This document shows positions 57,596-64,000 of a stretch of DNA of 64,000 bases, in pieces. The position numbers were made by a program, and so were the translations under genes. Below the pieces are notes generated by a model. That model was not told where the DNA came from, ran no database searches, and saw nothing but the letters and a program-made list of their open reading frames with translations. The stretch is from positions 55,594 through 119,593 of the forward strand of contig JAIQZO010000004.1 of assembly GCA_021777055.1 (NCBI GenBank). The letters run 5' to 3'. This DNA comes from Candidatus Anammoxibacter sp. (lineage in GTDB: Bacteria > Planctomycetota > Brocadiia > Brocadiales > Anammoxibacteraceae). Position 1 is the stretch's first letter. Every line of letters starts with the position of its first letter.

Positions 57596-57682
57596 CTATT
57601 ACCCCACACACACCAATACGCCATTTAAATATAACCAACATTTCAACATGACAGAAAGCCATGCAAGATATAATGAAGAGGT

Positions 57683-58429
57683 CTAATCATATACCTTATC
57701 TAAATGGGTACGCAAATAGAACAATGCCTTATGATGTAATTGAGAGACCCTTGATTCTGATATTTTAAGTACTTTACTAATCTCTTTAATTAACATGTCT
57801 TCTAAATAATAAAGTGTTATAACTAACCTTTCCTGTCGCGGCAACTTCTTTATCAAAGATATCATTATGCGTTTTTTCTCGTCGTTTTCAATTATATCAC
57901 TTGCCATCTCTGTTTTCTTATCTTCTAATACATTTGATATATCTCTTTTAAAATCACCATCATTATTTTGATGTAGATTCTCCAAAGACACAAAATAGTC
58001 AAAATGCAGCTTATTTTGTATAGCCTGAAGCTCTTCAACACACACACCTAACTCGTCAGCTAACTCATTCTCGTCAGGTTCGTATCCAAGCCTTTTTACA
58101 AGTCCTTGATAAACTTTTTTAATCTCTGATTCTTTTTTTCGTAACGACCTAGGTAAGACATCCTGTGTCCTTAGATGATCGATTATTGCTCCCTTAATCC
58201 TTGGCACGGCAAAAGTATTAAATTTAACTCCCCTTGTCTTATCAAACCTCATTGCAGCTTCAATTAATCCTATAGTTCCATACCCAATAATGTCTTCCTG
58301 GGAATCCTTTTTAAAATATATTTGCATTTTACCTACAACATATTTTACCAAATCCGCATTATTCAGGACTAAGGTACTGACTTCATCATCAATATCCGGT
58401 AGCATTACATTTTCCTTTTGTTTATTCAT
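57683..58429 (-). CDS. fliA: flagellar sigma factor FliA (sigma-28)
   Basis: Region 2 YGTIGLIEAAMRFDKTRGVKFNTFAVPRIKGAIIDHLR and region 4.2 ISKVLKISESRVSQLHHKALFYLR. Confidence 0.9.
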   Translation of the reverse strand: MNKQKENVMLPDIDDEVSTLVLNNADLVKYVVGKMQIYFKKDSQEDIIGYGTIGLIEAAMRFDKTRGVKFNTFAVPRIKGAIIDHLRTQDVLPRSLRKKESEIKKVYQGLVKRLGYEPDENELADELGVCVEELQAIQNKLHFDYFVSLENLHQNNDGDFKRDISNVLEDKKTEMASDIIENDEKKRIMISLIKKLPRQERLVITLYYLEDMLIKEISKVLKISESRVSQLHHKALFYLRTHLDKVYD

Positions 58430-58977
58430 TGATCAGCACCCCCATCTTCTTTATCATTTTCTTCTTTACAAAAATTTTTTTTAACTATCCCTTTAAAAAT
58501 ATATACTACGACAGAAGCAAACAATACAGATACAACAGCCCTTATGCTCAACTCTTTTGATGAGACACCGTTAAGCAGGCCAGTTAGACATGTAACAAAA
58601 AATACAATGCCTATAACCCCTATGGAACAAAAATCTACAAAATATTTAAACTCAACTTCCTTTTTCTTAATTCCCCTTCTTAGTTGCTCAGCTTCCTTTT
58701 CTTTTCTAAGCTTTTCTTTTCTCTCCTCATCTTTTTTTCTCTTTTCTTCACGGAACTTCTTCTCTTTATCTTCAGAGTGTTTGTTGTTATTGTCAGGACT
58801 TTCATCTTCTAGTACATCTTCATTTTTTGTATTATCTTCTGATGGAGACTTGCTCTTTTCTTCGTTACTTTTTTGTTCTTTATCTTCCAAGCCGTCATTG
58901 CCCTTCTCCGGAAGTTCTTCTTCAAGCACACTTTTATTTTCTGTATCTTCTTCTGATTTATACTCCGTACCATTCAT
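58426..58977 (-). CDS. hypothetical membrane protein with a highly charged N-terminus and two TM helices
   Basis: The first approx 105 aa are E/K/D-rich. TM segments are FCSIGVIGIVFFVTCLTGLL and AVVSVLFASVVVYIF. Its stop overlaps the fliA ATG (ATGA). Confidence 0.55.
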   Translation of the reverse strand: MNGTEYKSEEDTENKSVLEEELPEKGNDGLEDKEQKSNEEKSKSPSEDNTKNEDVLEDESPDNNNKHSEDKEKKFREEKRKKDEERKEKLRKEKEAEQLRRGIKKKEVEFKYFVDFCSIGVIGIVFFVTCLTGLLNGVSSKELSIRAVVSVLFASVVVYIFKGIVKKNFCKEENDKEDGGADQ

Positions 58978-58992
58978 TATGTTTGCCCCATA

Positions 58993-59859
58993 CTAATCCA
59001 TAAGATCCTGAAAAAAACTTTCAATTCCAAAACCATTCTGATAATGATTAAAGTTTTGCGCACCAAGAATATTTCCAGCTATCTTCCTAATATTAGAGGA
59101 AACAGCAACCTCTGGGTATTGCAGCAAAAACGGTTTTTGCTGTCGAACGGCCATTGCAACATGGGTATCAAAAGGGACCCCCCACACCTCACCTATCTCT
59201 ACATCCAAGAAACGCTTTGCGGCTTCAGTTATCTTTTTCCCTGTGTTTTTAGCATCCGCAATGTTTTTACACATATTAATAAGTAGTTTAATCCTAGGGT
59301 ATTTTTTATATTTAGAAACTACCTTTATTACAGCATATGCATCTGTTATTGACGTGGGTTCAGGTGTCACAATAAGGATAATCTCATTAGCAGCGACAAG
59401 CATTTTTACCACATCGGCATAGATACCAGACCCTGTATCAACTAGAACAATGTCCACCTCATTCTTAAACGAGCGAACATCCTTTATCAACCTTTCCTTT
59501 TGTAGTGCGGAAAGATTTACCATCTCTTCTACTCCAGAACTTGCCGGTATTATCATTAAACCTTCAGGACCTTCTATAAGAATATCCTTTAGCTTCTTCT
59601 TACCGTTTAGTACATCTCTTAATGTGAACCTAGGATATAAGCCAAACAACACGTCTACATTTGCGAGACCTAAGTCAAAATCCATCAAAAGCACCTTCTT
59701 ACCGTACTGAACAAGCGCTAAAGCTAGATTTGTAGACATGTTTGATTTCCCAACCCCACCTTTTCCACTTGTAACGGCCATAACCGTTGACGATACGGTT
59801 TGATCCTCATCATTTCGGTTTCTGGAAATATCTCTTAATTTTGATGCTTGGTCTTGCAT
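58993..59859 (-). CDS. flhG: MinD/ParA-type flagellar number regulator FlhG (FleN)
   Basis: Deviant Walker A VTSGKGGVGKSNMSTNLA and VLLMDFDLGLAN. It sits between flhF and fliA. Confidence 0.85.
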   Translation of the reverse strand: MQDQASKLRDISRNRNDEDQTVSSTVMAVTSGKGGVGKSNMSTNLALALVQYGKKVLLMDFDLGLANVDVLFGLYPRFTLRDVLNGKKKLKDILIEGPEGLMIIPASSGVEEMVNLSALQKERLIKDVRSFKNEVDIVLVDTGSGIYADVVKMLVAANEIILIVTPEPTSITDAYAVIKVVSKYKKYPRIKLLINMCKNIADAKNTGKKITEAAKRFLDVEIGEVWGVPFDTHVAMAVRQQKPFLLQYPEVAVSSNIRKIAGNILGAQNFNHYQNGFGIESFFQDLMD

Positions 59860-59933
59860 TTTTCTTAGCTTTATATAAATTTTCTTAAAACTTTAAATAT
59901 TTTTAAAAGATTCAACTTTTCAAACAATAGAAA

Positions 59934-61379
59934 TCACAATGAAAAAATCAAACTTGCGATCCACTTCGGATCCGGTTTCAAAATATCACCGGGTACCTCT
60001 TGCCCGTTTGTAATGCAGCATATGGGCAACCTTGTGGTTTCAGATATGTTTAACATTGTTCCAAAACATTTTGTCTCATCAACCTTGGTAAATATGAATC
60101 CATTTAACGGCACGATACTAAAACTATTAAATATATCTTCTGCATCTTTGTACATTGTGCCAGCTCCAACTACAAGGTATGTCTCTAATAATGGTAGGTT
60201 TTCTAAGGCCGCCATCAGTATCTTGATTTTTTTATCATCGTATTGACTCCTTCCAACTGTATCAATCAGGATAAAATCCTTATCTTTAAAATCATTAACT
60301 ACAGCTAACAGCTCATCAGACGTATTTGCTACACGAACCGGAGTATCAATCCTTTCAGCAAAAACAGCCATTTGCTCAACGGCAGCAACTTTGTAAGTAT
60401 CCATGGTAATGATGCCTACGCTTTTTTTACCGTCTAATACAAGTTTCGCCGCAACCTTTGCAAGAGTCGTTGTTTTACCCACTCCAGTAGGGCCAACAAA
60501 TGTAATTACTTTCTTATTGTCGGTCACCGAGTAGTTTCCTAAAATATCTTCTACACGAATTAAGTTAGCGATTCTGCTCTGAATATCACTTCTTATACTT
60601 TTAACATTAAGTGATTCCTGTCTTTGTATTGGAATAGACTCCCACCGTTTTAACAATGAATCAGTTATATCCACTTTTACTTGCTGGCAGTTAAGATGAG
60701 TCCGTATCTTTTCCAGTTCATCCTTTAAACCGGTATAGATAACAGCAGATGTATTCTCACTACTTTCTGTTTCCTCGATAATTTCATTGGTCATCTGCAA
60801 ATCTTTAAGCCCAGAAGTTTCACTTTCTAGCAGAAAGCTATCAAATTTTCCGTGAGATTTTTTGGGTTTATTCAGATCTGAAACCTCATGCACATCATCT
60901 TCTAATATAAAGTTATCAAATTCTCCATTAATTCTTTTGGATTTATTACAATCTCCAAACCCATGCACTTCACTTTTCGGCATAAATCTATCAAACGTCA
61001 CATCACTTCCATCCTTATCTCCATCTGTAACATTTATTCCTCTTTTTTTGCTTTCATTTAAAAGCAACAACATCTTCGCGGATGTCTTATGATCAACATT
61101 TACTGACTTTTTATGACATAAAGAATCTTTATTGGCACCTCCAACTCCATTATTTGACAAAACATCGTTCAAGACGCTTCCGAATGTGTCATTAACAACA
61201 TCTTCTGTATATGCAGCTGCAACATTAACAATCTTCTTACCTAAGAAACGCTTAAACCCTTTCTCTTCATTTCTGCGTATTTCAAGTATTAAAGCTGACT
61301 GGCCAATTTCTTTATTTATTTGGGTTAAAGCGTTTTCGACGTCAGCGGCAACAAAGTTTTTAATTTTCATTTTCAACAT
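59934..61379 (-). CDS. flhF: SRP-type GTPase FlhF
   Basis: N-terminal KIKNFVAADVENALTQINKEIGQSALIL, G1 FVGPTGVGKTTTLAK, and G3 IDTVGRS. It overlaps the flhA stop. Confidence 0.85.
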   Translation of the reverse strand: MLKMKIKNFVAADVENALTQINKEIGQSALILEIRRNEEKGFKRFLGKKIVNVAAAYTEDVVNDTFGSVLNDVLSNNGVGGANKDSLCHKKSVNVDHKTSAKMLLLLNESKKRGINVTDGDKDGSDVTFDRFMPKSEVHGFGDCNKSKRINGEFDNFILEDDVHEVSDLNKPKKSHGKFDSFLLESETSGLKDLQMTNEIIEETESSENTSAVIYTGLKDELEKIRTHLNCQQVKVDITDSLLKRWESIPIQRQESLNVKSIRSDIQSRIANLIRVEDILGNYSVTDNKKVITFVGPTGVGKTTTLAKVAAKLVLDGKKSVGIITMDTYKVAAVEQMAVFAERIDTPVRVANTSDELLAVVNDFKDKDFILIDTVGRSQYDDKKIKILMAALENLPLLETYLVVGAGTMYKDAEDIFNSFSIVPLNGFIFTKVDETKCFGTMLNISETTRLPICCITNGQEVPGDILKPDPKWIASLIFSL

Positions 61380-63435
61380 TAATAATCCCTACCGTTTCAA
61401 GTTGGATTCCAAATGGAATCTCTTTGTAAGAAATCACCGGAACCGTCGGAAGAAGGTTCTCTATCAGCTTCCTAATATGCATTCGTGTATTTGATGATGA
61501 AAGTATCGCTACCTCATATGATATGGACATGGAGCCTTTTATCACCTCTAGAATCTTATCAACAAACTTCTGTGCCAATGTTGGCTCTAATGCTAAAATC
61601 TGGCCAGATTCACTTTTGTGCACACTATTTGCAAGCTGTTGGTCCAGTGCTGGATCAACAGAAACGACAAAAAGGTTATTTTCTCTGGTAACAAATTTCT
61701 GACACACCGTCCTTGAAATAGACTGTCGTACATACTCAGTCAACATTGCAGGGTCTTTACATGTAACCGCAAAATCTCCAACAGTCTCAAGTATTGTTAC
61801 CAAATCCCTAATAGAGACACGCTCACGCAATAGATTCTTCAATATCTCATGAATAACTGCCAGGCTTAGCAAGTTTGGAGTAACCTCTTTCACCACTGCA
61901 GGATTACCATGCCCAACATTATCAATTAATTTTTGAACATCTTCCCTTGAAATAATCTCGTTTGCATGTGTCTTAATAACCTCAGACAAATGTGTAATCA
62001 ATACAGACACCGTGTCGACTAGCGTATACCCTATGGACTCAGCATACTCTTTTTGACTTTTATTTATCCATACGCCAGGCATACCATATGTGGGATCCAC
62101 AGTCTTGATTCCCTCCAATTCTCCAGAAACACAACCCGAGTCAAGAGCCAGGAAATGGTCTGGGAATAAAACACCAGCGGCAATCTCCTGACCTTTAATC
62201 TTAATAGAGTATGCATTCGACTCCAATTGCAAATCGTCCCTCAATCTGATTGGTGGCACAATAAAGCCTAGTTCTTTAGCAAGTTCTTTTCTTAAACTAT
62301 TAATTTTTGCAAGTATGCCGTCTGCCAAATTCTGATCCGCAAGCGGGATCAGGTTATAACCTATCTCTATCCCAAGCCTTTCTACAAACAACAGTTGCTC
62401 TATGGATCTATCATCAAGTTTTGGCTTTGCTTTTTCTCCACCACTTTCTGCAGGTTTTCCAGGAACCGTTTTTTTACCAGGTTTTCTAATAATTCTAAAA
62501 AGGATCAGCAAAGGAACGGCCATTAGTATAAACGGTATTTTCGGAAGCCCGGGCAAAAGGCACAAAACAGTTAACACTCCTGCAGTAATGATCAGGGGCT
62601 TTGTCTTAAAGAACAGCTGAGAGCTTATGTCGTCACCCAGAAATGCTTTAGATCGGGTCTTGGTTATCAACATACCCATGGAGATCGCAACAATAAATGA
62701 GGGTATTTGTGCACCTAAGCCATCACCTATTGTTAGTATTGAGTATGTACTTACCGTATCACCAACCTCCATTCCCCGGCTGGCACCAAACGCTATACCT
62801 CCGATTAGGTTCACTATAGTTATTACAATACCGGCAATAGCATCTCCCTGGACAAATTTACCCGCACCATCCATTGCACCGTAGAATTCCGCCTCTTTCG
62901 ATATTTTTTCGCGTCTCTCTTTTGCTTGCTCCTCAGTTATCATACCTGCGTTTAGATCAGAATCGATGCTCATCTGCTTTCCTGGCATAGCATCTAAAGT
63001 AAACCTTGCAGCAACTTCAGATACCCTGGTCGCACCTTTATTAATAACTATAAATTGTATGACAACCAGAATTAAAAACACTACCAACCCAACAACTAAA
63101 TTCCCACCGACAACAACATGGCCAAAGGCCATTATTACTTTTCCGGCATATCCATCAAGTAATATCAATTTAGTTGACGCAACATTTAACGATAATCTGA
63201 ATAGGGTAACAAATAACAATAATGATGGAAAAACAGAGAGCTCTATTGCTTCCTTGGAATTAAGCACCACTAACAACACTAATATAGACAGCGCAATATT
63301 CGCAGTTATCAGCAAATCAAGTATGAATGCCGGTAACGGAATTATCAATATTATGATAATTACTATCAGCGCTGCAGGCATAAAAAAACCTGAAACTTTG
63401 GAGAAAGATCTATTTTGTATTAATGTGTTTTCCAT
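61360..63435 (-). CDS. flhA: flagellar export apparatus protein FlhA
   Basis: VVGGNLVVGLVVFLILVVIQFIVINKGATRVSEVAARFTLDAMPGKQMSIDSDLNAG and a C-terminal cytoplasmic domain. Confidence 0.95.
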   Translation of the reverse strand: MENTLIQNRSFSKVSGFFMPAALIVIIIILIIPLPAFILDLLITANIALSILVLLVVLNSKEAIELSVFPSLLLFVTLFRLSLNVASTKLILLDGYAGKVIMAFGHVVVGGNLVVGLVVFLILVVIQFIVINKGATRVSEVAARFTLDAMPGKQMSIDSDLNAGMITEEQAKERREKISKEAEFYGAMDGAGKFVQGDAIAGIVITIVNLIGGIAFGASRGMEVGDTVSTYSILTIGDGLGAQIPSFIVAISMGMLITKTRSKAFLGDDISSQLFFKTKPLIITAGVLTVLCLLPGLPKIPFILMAVPLLILFRIIRKPGKKTVPGKPAESGGEKAKPKLDDRSIEQLLFVERLGIEIGYNLIPLADQNLADGILAKINSLRKELAKELGFIVPPIRLRDDLQLESNAYSIKIKGQEIAAGVLFPDHFLALDSGCVSGELEGIKTVDPTYGMPGVWINKSQKEYAESIGYTLVDTVSVLITHLSEVIKTHANEIISREDVQKLIDNVGHGNPAVVKEVTPNLLSLAVIHEILKNLLRERVSIRDLVTILETVGDFAVTCKDPAMLTEYVRQSISRTVCQKFVTRENNLFVVSVDPALDQQLANSVHKSESGQILALEPTLAQKFVDKILEVIKGSMSISYEVAILSSSNTRMHIRKLIENLLPTVPVISYKEIPFGIQLETVGIINVENEN

Positions 63436-63445
63436 TTATTTAAAT

Positions 63446-64000
63446 TTAAACTTTACTTCTTAATTTATAGACATATGATAATATCTTTGCTACAGCCTGA
63501 TATAGTTGCGCCGGTATTTCCTGCCCAAGCTCTACAGTTTTGTATAGTGTCTGAGCAAGAAATCTATCTTCCATAACAGGTATGTCGTGCTCTTTTGCAA
63601 CCTCTTTGATACGTTCAGCAATTATGTTTCTTCCTTTCGCAACTACCAACGGTGCTTCAGCTTGAGACGAATCATACTTTATGGCCACCGCATAATGGGT
63701 AGGGTTTGTAACAATAACATCTGCCGTCGGCACATCTTGCATCATCATCTTCCTTATCATGGTAATCTGCATATTCTTTATACGCCTTTTCGCCTCTTCA
63801 TCTCCATCTGCTTGCTTCTTTTCGTCTTTTACTTCCTGCTTGGTCATTTTGAGCTTTCTTTTCCACTGCCACTTTTGAAATATTAAATCAATAATTGCAA
63901 TGGCAAAGAGTATGGCAAGAATCTTGATTGTTATGGAAAATATCGCCTGCCAAGCATATACAAAGACACCGGCAAAGCCCAACCCTGACATATCCTGAAC
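63446..64000 (-). CDS. flhB: flagellar export apparatus protein FlhB, C-terminal part (the 5' end lies beyond the window)
   Basis: KMTKQEVKDEKKQADGD..RIKNMQ.. and the NPTH autocleavage site (VTNPTHYAVAIKY). The frame is still open at nt 64000. Confidence 0.9.
   Translation of the reverse strand, partial: VQDMSGLGFAGVFVYAWQAIFSITIKILAILFAIAIIDLIFQKWQWKRKLKMTKQEVKDEKKQADGDEEAKRRIKNMQITMIRKMMMQDVPTADVIVTNPTHYAVAIKYDSSQAEAPLVVAKGRNIIAERIKEVAKEHDIPVMEDRFLAQTLYKTVELGQEIPAQLYQAVAKILSYVYKLRSKV

Overview
Visibly AT-rich bacterial chromosomal segment. Almost all genes are on the minus strand; only nadC, rnpA, yidD and clpX are on plus. No rRNA, tRNA or CRISPR array was recognised. Organism unknown; gene content fits a flagellated, piliated diderm. 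(1) nt 1-32150 is a large surface-polysaccharide locus. It combines an ABC-transporter (Wzm/Wzt) route with a Wza/Wzc export pair. It also holds a CDP-hexose module (RfbF, RfbG, RmlC-like epimerase, SDR reductase), a WbpM/CapD-type dehydratase, GT2 and GNT-I-like transferases, a NodB deacetylase, a sulfotransferase, a pyruvyl transferase overlapping a MurB paralog, and an APH-like kinase. The locus is a decayed mosaic: two degenerate IS4-family elements, three wzt copies (one intact), two wzm copies (one intact), a broken GT4 gene and a stray sulfotransferase 3' fragment. (2) nt 33504-43829 holds nadC, a PilU-like ATPase, PilC, two tandem PilB/GspE ATPases, then rnpA-yidD-clpX without rpmH or yidC. 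(3) nt 43849-51046 holds a sigma-54 response regulator plus soluble histidine kinase, embedded in three TPR envelope proteins. (4) nt 51150-64000 holds flagellar late and regulatory genes: FlgM-like, FliT/FlgN-like, fliS, fliD, a long flagellin, fliA, an unknown coupled membrane ORF, flhG, flhF, flhA and the 3' part of flhB. The most interesting observation is that the tandem 24-residue motif known from MshEN-type c-di-GMP receptor domains, normally at the N-terminus of PilB/MshE ATPases, appears elsewhere here. It is inserted inside the Wzc-like tyrosine kinase domain (with a DUF4388-like module) and inside the WbpM-like dehydratase, next to the two PilB paralogs. This suggests, but does not prove, a shared second-messenger-gated polysaccharide/pilus module. 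All calls rest on reading the translated ORFs and the nucleotide sequence by eye; no database search was run.
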